Source of the DNA: Methylococcales bacterium
GTDB lineage: Bacteria; Pseudomonadota; Gammaproteobacteria; Methylococcales; Methylomonadaceae
Direction of reading: 5' to 3'
DNA length: 64,000 bases
Assembly: GCA_037133675.1 (NCBI GenBank)
Contig: JBAXNR010000011.1
Coordinates: 1,197-65,196, forward strand
Below are positions 1 to 9,277 of this stretch, piece after piece (positions within the stretch are counted from its first letter, which is position 1; each line of letters begins with the position of its first letter). The position numbers and the translations under genes were made by a program. The notes beneath the pieces are model-generated. The model made no database searches and was not told where the DNA came from. It saw only the letters and a list, made by a program, of their open reading frames with translations.

Positions 1-915
1 ACTGTTAAGTAACTTGGTCACTTGCGCTAAGCGGGCAGCGGCTTCGGCTTTTTGCGCTTTAGCAATAATTAGTTGGCTGTTAATTTCCGAGAGCTGCTCG
101 GCTGCAAGTCCTACATCCTTATTACTACCTCGCGCTAAGCCATGTTCTGTCCGATAAATTTCCACGGCTTTTTCAGAGCCTGCCACCTTAGTTCGTAAGT
201 CAGTTAATTGTGTGTTCAACCATGAACTGGCTTTTTCAGTGGCTTCAAATTTAGCTTCTAACTGCCCGATGATATAGCTATCAGCGTGAGCATTGGCAAT
301 TTTAGCAGCAAGTTTAGGGTCTAAGGATTCAAAGGTAACAGTAATAACTTGTGAACCTCTAATGGGAGCTACTTTTAATTTGCTACTGTAGATGTCAGTC
401 GCTAGTGATAGTAGGCGTTCCTGTTTTTCTTCATTACTTAACACATCTGGTTTTTCGATTAATCCTAATGTGTTTTTAATACTGTCAGAAAGCCAGTTTT
501 TCGGATTTAATACGGCAAAAAAACTTTCTTCCTTGGGTTTAAGTGCAAGATTGAATTCAACTAAGTTCAATAAATCCAATTTAATAATGACTTTTCTGAT
601 CAATCCACGAGACAGCATTACTTCCGCCTCGCTTTTAATCGCTGACTCTGTCGTCATATCTCCGCTTAATACCGCTTTGACATCAACCACTTGTGATTTA
701 GGTGTTCCTACTAATACCTTGGTTTCTGAGGTATAACGGGGAATAAGCTTAAACACCAAGCTTGCTCCTACGATGCTTACAAATACAACAACCAGAAAAA
801 ATACCCAGCGATGCAACCAGAAAGCATGAAAAATATTACCTAGAGAGATGGACTCTTCGTTTTGAACAGATGGCTCATTGTTGCTAAGCAGGGTTGGGTT
901 ATTGCCTGATAACAT
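1..915 (-). CDS. Polysaccharide chain-length determinant / EPS transport protein (Wzz/GumC/Wzc-like). The N-terminal 305 codons are in the window; the gene continues past the left edge.
   Basis: Manual translation of the minus strand from the ATG (complement of 913..915) stays open to position 1. It reads MLSGNNPTLL...HAFWLHRWVFFLVVVFVSIVGASLVF (TM helix)...VITVTFESLDPKLAAKIANAHADSYI...SWLNTQLTDLRTKVAGSEKAVEIYR, which is typical of a Wzz/GumC N-terminal domain. It is absent from the ORF track because it runs off the edge. Confidence 0.7.
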   Translation of the reverse strand, partial: MLSGNNPTLLSNNEPSVQNEESISLGNIFHAFWLHRWVFFLVVVFVSIVGASLVFKLIPRYTSETKVLVGTPKSQVVDVKAVLSGDMTTESAIKSEAEVMLSRGLIRKVIIKLDLLNLVEFNLALKPKEESFFAVLNPKNWLSDSIKNTLGLIEKPDVLSNEEKQERLLSLATDIYSSKLKVAPIRGSQVITVTFESLDPKLAAKIANAHADSYIIGQLEAKFEATEKASSWLNTQLTDLRTKVAGSEKAVEIYRTEHGLARGSNKDVGLAAEQLSEINSQLIIAKAQKAEAAARLAQVTKLLNS

Positions 916-950
916 GACGCTCCTTGTGATGGGGATTTTTAGTACAAAAA

Positions 951-1523
951 TTAAAAAAAACGTTCTTCAACGTGAATAATATCACCTGGCATGACCAATG
1001 CCTCTAAGTTAGTTTCCACTTCTTTTTGTTCAGGATCATTACTATGAATGACATAAACAAAACTTTCTTTGGCGCGGTAAGTAAAACCACCCGCGATAGC
1101 TATAGCGGTGAGATAGCTCATACCGCTGACATAAGGGTAGGAATTAGGAGATTTAACTTCGCCCAGAATGTAGAAGGGACGGTAGTTTAATACTTCAATA
1201 GATATTTTAGGATTTAATAAATAATCAGGAATTAATTTTTCTTTTAGTTTTTTTTCAAGTTCAGCCAATGTCAGATTTTTGGCTACAATCGTGCCAATTA
1301 ATGGCAAAGACACATTACCCGTGCCATCAACAGCATATTCACCATTCATGTCTTCCTGATTAAAAATGGTTATTTTTAATTTGTCCCCGCTACCAAGGCG
1401 ATAGGAATAGTCATTACTGCTCGCTGTTATTTTAGAGTTTTCAGCGAATAACAGCGTGGAAAACAGACTGCAAAATAACAAACATAAAGTTCCTAGAAGA
1501 AGATGACGATTGACTATTTTCAT
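951..1523 (-). CDS. Periplasmic polysaccharide export protein (Wza/EpsE-like)
   Basis: 190 aa with a signal peptide (LLLGTLCLLFCSLFSTLLFA), a YRLGSGDKLKITIF export-family motif and a C-terminal PGDIIHV beta-grasp-like motif. It lies directly upstream of the chain-length determinant gene on the same strand. Confidence 0.8.
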   Translation of the reverse strand: MKIVNRHLLLGTLCLLFCSLFSTLLFAENSKITASSNDYSYRLGSGDKLKITIFNQEDMNGEYAVDGTGNVSLPLIGTIVAKNLTLAELEKKLKEKLIPDYLLNPKISIEVLNYRPFYILGEVKSPNSYPYVSGMSYLTAIAIAGGFTYRAKESFVYVIHSNDPEQKEVETNLEALVMPGDIIHVEERFF

Positions 1524-1656
1524 GTGATTTACCGATAGTTTTAAAGTTAAAGCAACTTTGTTTTTCTGTTAGTATGTAATAAGAGAGTAAGCTGAGTCAA
1601 TAAAGTGCCAATAGCTTAAGAGACTGTGAAAATATTCACTAGTGAGCTAAAAAACA

Positions 1657-1786
1657 CCGTCATTCCAGCATGGATGCTGGAATCCAGTCACAAGGATGTG
1701 AAACTGGGTACTGCACAATAATTATTTATAATCATGCGGTTACCATCCGTGGCACTGGATTCTGGCATCCATGCCAGAATGACGGG
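1657..1786. repeat. Two inverted copies of a ~34-bp hairpin REP element (CCGTCATTCYRGCATGGATGCYRGAATCCAGT), at 1657..1690 and 1753..1786
   Basis: Each copy is itself a stem-loop (ATTCCAGCAT GG ATGCTGGAAT and ATTCTGGCAT CC ATGCCAGAAT). The two copies are reverse complements of each other and flank about 62 bp, giving a MITE-like layout. Confidence 0.8.
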
Positions 1787-1966
1787 TTTGAAGATTGTTG
1801 CATCTAACAACGTAGTTTGCTTGAAATGATTAATACTTTCACAGTCTCTTACCTTATATACGATACAATTACGCACTCCAGAAAATAAAATTATCCTATT
1901 GATTAATAATAATTTTTTACATATAAAATCGTTGTGAACACAAGAATTTTATTAGTAACTGCGGTT

Positions 1967-3331
1967 ATGAGAAAAAAACTAACTTTCAAGCTTATTTTAT
2001 TATTTGCGCTGAGTCTCTGTGACTTTACTTTGCCAGCCGTCGCCGCCTCTAAACTAGAAACGAAAGCCAATTACTCTACTAAAGCTATCAAAGCTACTAC
2101 TCCAAAAGTAGAAACTAAACCCGATTACTACGCTAGAAATGTCAGAACCGCCATGGCTGGAATGGAAGCTAAACCTGATTATTCCGCTAAAGGGTTCAGA
2201 GCGGGGTCTTTTGAGATAAGACCAACGTTGATATTAGGGAGTGACTGGAATGACAATATTTATAACACTCAAACAAATGCCATCGGTGCTTTGGTCACTC
2301 ATATTAAATCCTCGATTAAGATTGCTAGTAATTGGAATAACCACTTAGTCGATTTAAGTGTCGCCAGCGATATTCAAAAATATATGGGACATCCTCTTGA
2401 AGATAGACAGAATATTAATGTCAATCTGAATGGCAGATTGGATGTGCTACGCAATAGTTTTGCCTACGCCCGCTTTGGCTATCTGAACAGTACCGATCCA
2501 AGAGGTGATCCAACCTCACCCACCAACGCACTGACACCAACAGGCAGTCAAACCTTAACAGGTGAAGCGGGTTACGATCATAATATGTATCGTATTCGAT
2601 TTCATGCGGACAATATTATCGCTCATCAACAGTACACCGATGGTATAACGCAACAGGGCAATATTATTCCAAATAATCAAAACCGTAGCCGTTTAAGTAA
2701 TATTTCAACCCTTAGAGTCGGTTATGAAATCAGACCTAACTACGAGGCGTTCATTAAAGGTAGCTATAACTTCATAAACTATGATTTTCAATTCGATGCT
2801 AATGGCTATCAACGTTCATCTAAGGGTTACAAAATGGTCGCGGGGCTTGCATTGGAGTTGTCGGGTAAATTGACAGGCGATGTGCGTATTGGCTATCAGG
2901 AACAAATCTATGATGATCCCAGACTGGCAAATATAGCGGGGTTGGCAGGTGGAATAACGCTCAAATGGAAACCTACAGGTCTTACCACGATCTCAAATGA
3001 TCTTACTCGAACCATTAACGAAACTACCCTGATAGGCGCGTCGGGATACCTCGCTACCTCATTCACTACCAAAATTGAGCATGAGCTATTAAGAACTCTT
3101 ATTTTGTCAGCCGATGCAGGTTATACCTTCAACCAATATCGTGGTGGTAACGCTCCCAATCCACCGCGTGCAGAAAATGTTTATTCCGCAAGCTTCAACA
3201 CAAAATATATGCCTAATCGTAATTTTTATGTCGATGCAGGTTATCGCTACAATAGTCGTAAAGTTCAAAATGTTTCAGACAGTAATTACAATAGCAATGT
3301 TTTTTATTTAAGCATTGGTTTGCAGTTTTAG
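1967..3331 (+). CDS. Outer-membrane beta-barrel protein of the EPS locus
   Basis: The ORF track starts at GTG 1934. ATG 1967 gives a better signal peptide (MRKKLTFKLILLFALSLCDFTLPAVAAS). The protein has alternating amphipathic strands rich in Y/G/N and a C-terminal ...YLSIGLQF ending in an aromatic residue, as in OMP barrels. Confidence 0.6.
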   Translation: MRKKLTFKLILLFALSLCDFTLPAVAASKLETKANYSTKAIKATTPKVETKPDYYARNVRTAMAGMEAKPDYSAKGFRAGSFEIRPTLILGSDWNDNIYNTQTNAIGALVTHIKSSIKIASNWNNHLVDLSVASDIQKYMGHPLEDRQNINVNLNGRLDVLRNSFAYARFGYLNSTDPRGDPTSPTNALTPTGSQTLTGEAGYDHNMYRIRFHADNIIAHQQYTDGITQQGNIIPNNQNRSRLSNISTLRVGYEIRPNYEAFIKGSYNFINYDFQFDANGYQRSSKGYKMVAGLALELSGKLTGDVRIGYQEQIYDDPRLANIAGLAGGITLKWKPTGLTTISNDLTRTINETTLIGASGYLATSFTTKIEHELLRTLILSADAGYTFNQYRGGNAPNPPRAENVYSASFNTKYMPNRNFYVDAGYRYNSRKVQNVSDSNYNSNVFYLSIGLQF

Positions 3332-3349
3332 TTATAGATTGAACAAAAT

Positions 3350-4897
3350 CTAAGGCACTAAACTTTCCATAGGCATTTCTGGCACAGGTTGCTCCATTAA
3401 TCGACTCAACCATACTTCGGCAGATTTTTGGTTTATTTTAAGCACTTTATTGGGCATAAAACCCAGTAGTAAAACTAGCAGTGCAGGAATACATAACAAT
3501 GCCAATTCGCGTGGTCGTAGATCTTGCACTTGCTCGACACTTGCTTGAGTGATTGCGCCAAAAAATGCACGTCGGGTAAATGACAGCATATAGGAGGCAC
3601 ACAATACCGCACCTGCTAAGGCGGTTATTCCTAACGTGGGATGTGCGATCAATGCCCCGATGATGATTAATAATTCGGCAGGAAAGCCGCTGGTGAGAGG
3701 AATCCCCATACTGGCTAACATGAATAGAAAATAAAAACTGGTCAGACGCGGCATGACTTTAGCTAACCCACCTAACTGCAAGGCTTCTGTACTGCCTAGC
3801 CGATGTTGAATAAAGCCCGCGATGAGCATTAAGGAACTGGCAATCAGAGTGAAATTCAGCAGGCAAAAAATCGCGCCTTGTAAGCCTTGCATATTCAAAG
3901 ACGATAAGCCGATAATCACTAAGCCAACATGACTGACACTAGCGTAGGCTAATAAGCGACGTAAATTGGTTTGCTGTATGGCTATTAACGCGCCATAAAT
4001 CAGAGTAATTGCGCCAAAAATACCCAATGCCCAGCTATATTCAACTGCTGCTAAGGGTGCAAGTGGCAACGCGAAACGTAATAAGCCATAAACGCCTAGT
4101 TTTAAGCCAATTAACAGCGCGGTGGTATGAGTCGCGCCTTCCATTGCTACCGTTGGTAGCCAAGTATGCAATGGTACTAACGGTGCTTTAACGGCAAAAC
4201 CTAATAGCAATAAGAAAAATACCACGCTTTGCAACGAGTTAGGCAACGGAGTTATCAATAATATCGGTAAGCTAAACGATAAATCTTGCGGAATCGTACC
4301 GCTAACGCTGGTGGCGTGATTAATCGCTAAAATGACGATGGCAAATAATAACGGTACACCGCCAAACAGCATAAACAGAGTGTATTTCATTGCCGCGCCG
4401 CGCCGTTGAGGGCCGATACCCCATAAGCCAATTAAAAAGAAAATTGGAGGTAAGGTCAGTTCCCAAAACAAAAAGAACAATACCAAGTCCAGAGCGGACA
4501 ACACCCCCATGGTTATGCCTTCCAATGCCAATAATAGGGCGAAATGCAAACGCGACAAATGTTGTATCGAATTCCATGAGGCTACCATTGCCATCAAAGT
4601 TAATAACGCTGACAAGGGCAAAAACAATACCGAAATACCGTCTATGCCTAACAAAAATTCAATATTTAAACTGGGTATCCACGCTGAACGTTCCAATAGT
4701 TGAAAATCGCCATTATTATGTTGAAATAACAGCATAACCCACACCGCTAAAATAAGTTCAATACCCGCAAAGGCGAAAGCAATTTTTTTGCTTAATTGGC
4801 TATTGCCGCATAGCCCTGTGATTATCGCACCCAATAAAGGCAGAAAAATAAGCAGACTAAGCATCGGAAATTCATTCATTATGGCTATCCTTGTCAT
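3350..4897 (-). CDS. NuoM/NuoN/MrpD-like proton-antiporter-type membrane subunit (paralogue 3 of 3)
   Basis: 515-aa polytopic protein. The core LHTWLPTVAMEGATHTTALLIGLKLGVYGLLRF resembles complex-I antiporter-like subunits. Its start overlaps the upstream paralogue by 26 nt. Confidence 0.8.
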   Translation of the reverse strand: MTRIAIMNEFPMLSLLIFLPLLGAIITGLCGNSQLSKKIAFAFAGIELILAVWVMLLFQHNNGDFQLLERSAWIPSLNIEFLLGIDGISVLFLPLSALLTLMAMVASWNSIQHLSRLHFALLLALEGITMGVLSALDLVLFFLFWELTLPPIFFLIGLWGIGPQRRGAAMKYTLFMLFGGVPLLFAIVILAINHATSVSGTIPQDLSFSLPILLITPLPNSLQSVVFFLLLLGFAVKAPLVPLHTWLPTVAMEGATHTTALLIGLKLGVYGLLRFALPLAPLAAVEYSWALGIFGAITLIYGALIAIQQTNLRRLLAYASVSHVGLVIIGLSSLNMQGLQGAIFCLLNFTLIASSLMLIAGFIQHRLGSTEALQLGGLAKVMPRLTSFYFLFMLASMGIPLTSGFPAELLIIIGALIAHPTLGITALAGAVLCASYMLSFTRRAFFGAITQASVEQVQDLRPRELALLCIPALLVLLLGFMPNKVLKINQKSAEVWLSRLMEQPVPEMPMESLVP

Positions 4898-6461
4898 TGA
4901 GAGGCGCGGTGATAATCTCTGGTGTGTTGGTCTTGTTGTGTTGCGAGCTGTGCATTGGATACATAAGACTAATCGCTACCGCATCTTGGTCAATAAATTT
5001 TAGCCACGGGGTAGACCAAAAGCCTGAGATAATCAGCAGTCCCCCAATAATGACCGCGATAATTCTCTCTTTCATCGCAGAATGATGGTCGCAGTGATAA
5101 GGTTGTTTTGCGCGTTTAGGTGCAACGATAAATATTTGCTGAAATGCACGCAATAAAAACGCCGCCGCTAATACGTTGCCAATCAAAATAGCGATGGCAA
5201 TCAACCAACCCTCTTCTTCAATCGTTCCTTCAATCAGAAAATGCGCTGCATCATAGCCAGGTGTACCTGGCATAACCATCGTGCTTAATGCGCAGATTAA
5301 AAACAATAACGCAGTTGCTGCATTACTATCAAATAAACCACCTAAGCGAGGAATGAATGCAGTACGCACGCGCTCATAAATAAGCCCCGAAGAAAATAAC
5401 ATTCCCGCTGTGGCTAAACCGTACACGCTGGACAGTAATAAACTGCCTTCCAAGCCAACAGCGTTAAAATTAAACACCCCGATAACTAGCATTCCTGTAT
5501 GACTGACCACAGCAAACGCTAATAGACGGCGAATATTAATCTGCACCAAAGCCAGAAACGCGCCATAAAAAATGCTGATTAAGCCTAGAGTTAGCACAAA
5601 AGTTTCCCATTGCTCGGCAACTCCTGGCACCATTGGCAAAATAAAGCGAATCAGCGCGTACACGCCCAGCTTTAGACCCACCAGAAAAATTGCCGCACTA
5701 GCAACCGTGCCATGTTCTGCCAATAAAGGTAGCCAACCATGAAAAGGAAATAATGGCATACGAATGGCAAAACCAAAAAATAGCAGTACAAAAATCAACA
5801 CTTCGTCGTGCAAATAAGCGTTGTTTTGTTTTAGCGTCAGCCAATCAAACGATAGCGCGTGTTCTGAATCGATTAAACCAAACGCCAAAAACATAAAACC
5901 CGCAAAGGTCATTAACAAACCGCTAATCCAATACTGCAATAAGCGCGTGACTACCCAACGTCGATACTGTCCAGTACCCGAATGCACAGTGAGCAAAATC
6001 ACAGGTACAAGCTCTAAGGCACTCCATAGCCAAAACTGTAATACATTGAGTGCGGCAAATGCGCCAATCAGTACGGTTTCATAACCCAGTAAACACGCAA
6101 TAAATAATTTGTCGGTGGCGTGGCGAGTGATAGAGGTATAAATCAATGCCAGCAAAGTCAACAAAGCAGTTAAGGGAATAAATAAAATATTAGTGCTATC
6201 TACGCCGACTGCGTAACTCATGCCCAAAAAATGCAGATGTTCCGCTAAATGAATACCTGAGTTGACTGAATCAAAAATCAGCAATAAATACACGCTCAGC
6301 AATACATTCAACAGTGTGCCTGCATAGCCAAATCGTAAAGCAATGCAAGTAGACTGCGATCGCCACACGCCAACTATGGTTAGCAACGGCAGCAAAGTCA
6401 TCACCGATAGCAATGGAAAGCTGGTTACGGTAGACCAATGGTTAATATTGATGTCCATCAA
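4872..6461 (-). CDS. NuoM/NuoN/MrpD-like proton-antiporter-type membrane subunit (paralogue 2 of 3)
   Basis: 529-aa polytopic protein with FHGWLPLLAEHGTVASAAIFLVGLKLGVYALIRF. A 4-nt gap separates it from the upstream NuoL-like gene. Confidence 0.75.
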   Translation of the reverse strand: MMDININHWSTVTSFPLLSVMTLLPLLTIVGVWRSQSTCIALRFGYAGTLLNVLLSVYLLLIFDSVNSGIHLAEHLHFLGMSYAVGVDSTNILFIPLTALLTLLALIYTSITRHATDKLFIACLLGYETVLIGAFAALNVLQFWLWSALELVPVILLTVHSGTGQYRRWVVTRLLQYWISGLLMTFAGFMFLAFGLIDSEHALSFDWLTLKQNNAYLHDEVLIFVLLFFGFAIRMPLFPFHGWLPLLAEHGTVASAAIFLVGLKLGVYALIRFILPMVPGVAEQWETFVLTLGLISIFYGAFLALVQINIRRLLAFAVVSHTGMLVIGVFNFNAVGLEGSLLLSSVYGLATAGMLFSSGLIYERVRTAFIPRLGGLFDSNAATALLFLICALSTMVMPGTPGYDAAHFLIEGTIEEEGWLIAIAILIGNVLAAAFLLRAFQQIFIVAPKRAKQPYHCDHHSAMKERIIAVIIGGLLIISGFWSTPWLKFIDQDAVAISLMYPMHSSQHNKTNTPEIITAPLNDKDSHNE

Positions 6462-6465
6462 TGCC

Positions 6466-8028
6466 TCAAAATGCCACGAGCAGGGTAATAAAAACGAATA
6501 AAACCAAATAACGCGGTTTTAAAATGAGGTATTCGATTTTGTTAGCAAAATGTCCAAGTTCACGACCATAACGAACTCCGCCTGTGCCGACTCCTTGCAA
6601 GACAAAATGATCTTCAAACCAATGCAAAAGTCCCGCAGTCCATTCAGTTAATGCCCCTGCAAAACCACTGCCTTGGGCGAATTCATCAGCACTATTATCC
6701 AACCGCGCACCTAGTTTGGCTTCTTCCAATTGTGCTAAGGATGAGACACTGTGTAACGCGGGATTAGGCATACCCATCAAACGGTCAACAACCTGATCAT
6801 CAATATAGCAAAGATCGTGTCCTAAACGGCGTATAGGTTTGACCAATGCCCAATCGGTGATTTGATCCAACCAAAAGCGTTGTAAAGAAGCAGTATAAAG
6901 CCAGTGTAATGATGCCAGTTTAGGAGACACAGGTTTAATTGGATTACCATGTACTGCGTGCATTAAGTTAGGTGCGGCTAATAATTGATAAGTGCGTATT
7001 ACCGCATGAGCGGCAATGTGCCACTTTGCTAACTGCCAAAAGCCCAAGCCACATTCTAAAAACATCAAACCCAATTGTGCTGTTATCGCATACACCAACG
7101 AGCTTTTGACATCGGTTTGCGTCAGTCCCACGATAAAGCTATAAAGAGCTGTCAGAAAGCCGACTGCTACCAATAAGCACATCACAAAAAAACTTAGTTC
7201 AATCAATGGACGCAATAAACACACGAGATAAATACCCGCATGAATCATCACCGCGCCATAAAATACCGCGCTGGATGGCGTAGGGCCTTCCATTGCACGC
7301 GCTAACCAAGGGGTAAAAGGCAGTTGTGCAGATTTAGCAAAGGCGGCAAGCGTGAAACACAGGGCAATACCTGTAATTTGACTAGGTGGTAATTCAGTGA
7401 GGGCAATATTGAGCGCGTTCCAATTGACGGTTTCAGTCCACGCAAAACTTAAGCCAATGCCAAGAATAAAACAGCCATCGCCAATATGATTAGTCACTAA
7501 AACACGAGTGGCATTAGTGACCGCAATCGGACGCTGATACGAGTAGGCAATCAGTAAATAAGAACACAGCCCCGCAATTTCCCAACCAATCAATGTACCG
7601 ACCGCATTACCCGATAACACCAACAGCAACATCGCAAATGAAAATAAACTCAGTATAAAAAAGAAGCGGTGAAAGCCCGCTTCTCTGTGCATATAATTAG
7701 TGGAAAAATGAATAACAATCGCCAATAACACAGAAAATAACGCGGCTAAACGCACACTAAAACCTGTGGTAATAAAATTGATGCGAATCATCAGTGTGTC
7801 GCTATTTAACCAGCGACCTAAATCGAACGAACCTGCATTTTTGCCCAGCATATCGGCAACTAATAACACCAAGGACAGCAAGCAAGACAGCGTTATTGCC
7901 CACACAATACAGCCGCTAGTGATAGACTCGCTTTCTTCGCCTTCCAAGTGACCGAATAAATGTCCGCTACCCACCAAGATAGCCGCACACAAAGGTGATA
8001 GTAAAATTAACAGCACTAAAGCATCCAT
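6466..8028 (-). CDS. NuoL/ND5/MrpA/DabB-like membrane subunit
   Basis: 520 aa with GWEIAGLCSYLLIAYS and FTPWLARAMEGPTPSSAVFYGAVMIHAGIYL motifs. A long non-TM C-terminal segment is followed by one terminal TM (LVLFVFITLLVAF), reminiscent of the NuoL lateral helix. Confidence 0.8.
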   Translation of the reverse strand: MDALVLLILLSPLCAAILVGSGHLFGHLEGEESESITSGCIVWAITLSCLLSLVLLVADMLGKNAGSFDLGRWLNSDTLMIRINFITTGFSVRLAALFSVLLAIVIHFSTNYMHREAGFHRFFFILSLFSFAMLLLVLSGNAVGTLIGWEIAGLCSYLLIAYSYQRPIAVTNATRVLVTNHIGDGCFILGIGLSFAWTETVNWNALNIALTELPPSQITGIALCFTLAAFAKSAQLPFTPWLARAMEGPTPSSAVFYGAVMIHAGIYLVCLLRPLIELSFFVMCLLVAVGFLTALYSFIVGLTQTDVKSSLVYAITAQLGLMFLECGLGFWQLAKWHIAAHAVIRTYQLLAAPNLMHAVHGNPIKPVSPKLASLHWLYTASLQRFWLDQITDWALVKPIRRLGHDLCYIDDQVVDRLMGMPNPALHSVSSLAQLEEAKLGARLDNSADEFAQGSGFAGALTEWTAGLLHWFEDHFVLQGVGTGGVRYGRELGHFANKIEYLILKPRYLVLFVFITLLVAF

Positions 8029-8030
8029 GA

Positions 8031-8726
8031 CTAAGCCTTGATTTTCCTACGAGCCACGATAACACCATCACGGGTAGGATTAATAAAACTGTCAAAATCT
8101 GGATCATTAAAAATAAGCGTATTATGTTCTCGAATCGCCTCAGTCCAACCTGCAAACACATCGGTAAACTGTTCGACTGCAACACGTCCACGCCATAACA
8201 CATTGTCAGCAATATATAGTCCGCCTTCGCGGATGCGGTCTTTAGCCAGCAACCAAATTTCGGGATAATCGCCTTTATCGACATCGTTATAACACAAGTC
8301 AAACAGCCCATCGGTTTGGGCAAAAATATCGTGCGCCATACCTGCTTTAAAATCCACTCTATCCCATAAACCTGCGGCACTCAGATACTGCTCAGCTTTT
8401 TCTTTATTTAATAAATCGGCTTCACTGCATATTACCTGTCCTGTTTCGCCAACCGCTTTAGCAAACCAATAGGCTGAATAACCGTAACCGCTACCAAATT
8501 CAAACACGCGTTTGGCATCAATGGATTTTGCCATCGTTTCCAAAAACACACCGACTAAACGCCCGACAATCGGGAAATTATTTTTTGCCGCTAGGGCTTC
8601 CATCTCAGTCAATATCTCATGATCAGTCGCACTTAACAGACCACGCATATAATCTTCAATGGCAGGATGTACAGGCGATAACACGCTAGGGTTTACTACA
8701 TTAGGTGATTGCAAAGTGTCGGTCAT
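8031..8726 (-). CDS. Class I SAM-dependent O-methyltransferase (caffeoyl-CoA OMT-like, family 3)
   Basis: Contains EFGSGYGYSAYWFA (SAM motif I), DLCYNDVDKGDYPE and GGLYIADNVLWRGRV. Its stop lies 2 nt from the NuoL-like start. Confidence 0.85.
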   Translation of the reverse strand: MTDTLQSPNVVNPSVLSPVHPAIEDYMRGLLSATDHEILTEMEALAAKNNFPIVGRLVGVFLETMAKSIDAKRVFEFGSGYGYSAYWFAKAVGETGQVICSEADLLNKEKAEQYLSAAGLWDRVDFKAGMAHDIFAQTDGLFDLCYNDVDKGDYPEIWLLAKDRIREGGLYIADNVLWRGRVAVEQFTDVFAGWTEAIREHNTLIFNDPDFDSFINPTRDGVIVARRKIKA

Positions 8727-8759
8727 GATAGCTGGCTCATTGTGGAGGTTAAAAACGGA

Positions 8760-9242
8760 TTAATCCCTAAAATTATCAAACTGCACAGGCATTTCCAGCT
8801 TTTCTTCCCTAAGCATCTGAATAACCTCCTGTAAATCGTCACGTTTTTTACCTGTAACGCGCACTTTATCACCTTGTATTGCCGCCTGTACTTTCAGCTT
8901 TTTATCTTTAATCAGCTTGACGATTTTCTTAGCGGTTGCGGAATCCAGCCCCTGTTTTAAGGTGATTTCCTGACGCATTAATTTACCGCTACCTTTTGCG
9001 TCACTCAATTCCATACAGGCAATATCAATACCACGGCGGCTGAGTTTTGCACACACAATACTGAAAATTTGTTGTAGTTGAAAGGTCGATTCAGAAATCA
9101 TAATCAACTTGTCATCAGTCATTTCAATACTGGAGTTCGTGCCTTTAAAATCGAAGCGCGTAGTCACTTCTTTACTGGCTTGATCCACCGCATTGGTGGC
9201 TTCGTGCATATCAAATTCAGAAATAATATCAAATGAGGGCAT
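8760..9242 (-). CDS. yajQ: YajQ family nucleotide (c-di-GMP)-binding protein
   Basis: 160 aa. MPSFDIISEFDMHEATNAVDQASKEVTTRFDFKG is the canonical YajQ/UPF0234 N-terminus. Confidence 0.9.
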   Translation of the reverse strand: MPSFDIISEFDMHEATNAVDQASKEVTTRFDFKGTNSSIEMTDDKLIMISESTFQLQQIFSIVCAKLSRRGIDIACMELSDAKGSGKLMRQEITLKQGLDSATAKKIVKLIKDKKLKVQAAIQGDKVRVTGKKRDDLQEVIQMLREEKLEMPVQFDNFRD

Positions 9243-9277
9243 AGCAATACAGGAGAGTTAAGTTAAAAAAGTTCATT

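Noticed and set aside
392-736. 114-aa plus-strand ORF
   Set aside because: It lies antisense inside the well-supported minus-strand Wzz/GumC-like gene (1..915) and has no motifs or RBS, so it is a shadow ORF.
1688-1876. 62-aa minus-strand ORF
   Set aside because: It is a translation across the two inverted REP copies (…ILAWMPESSATDG…). It is an artefact of the repeat, not a gene.
3350-8028. DAB-type (DabA/DabB) inorganic-carbon pump or Mrp antiporter
   Set aside because: No DabA (DUF2309) gene and no small Mrp subunits are present in or next to the operon. The NuoL-like gene alone is insufficient for either call.
7967-8380. 137-aa minus-strand ORF overlapping the OMT and NuoL-like genes
   Set aside because: It is an alternative frame of two well-supported genes with no independent support.
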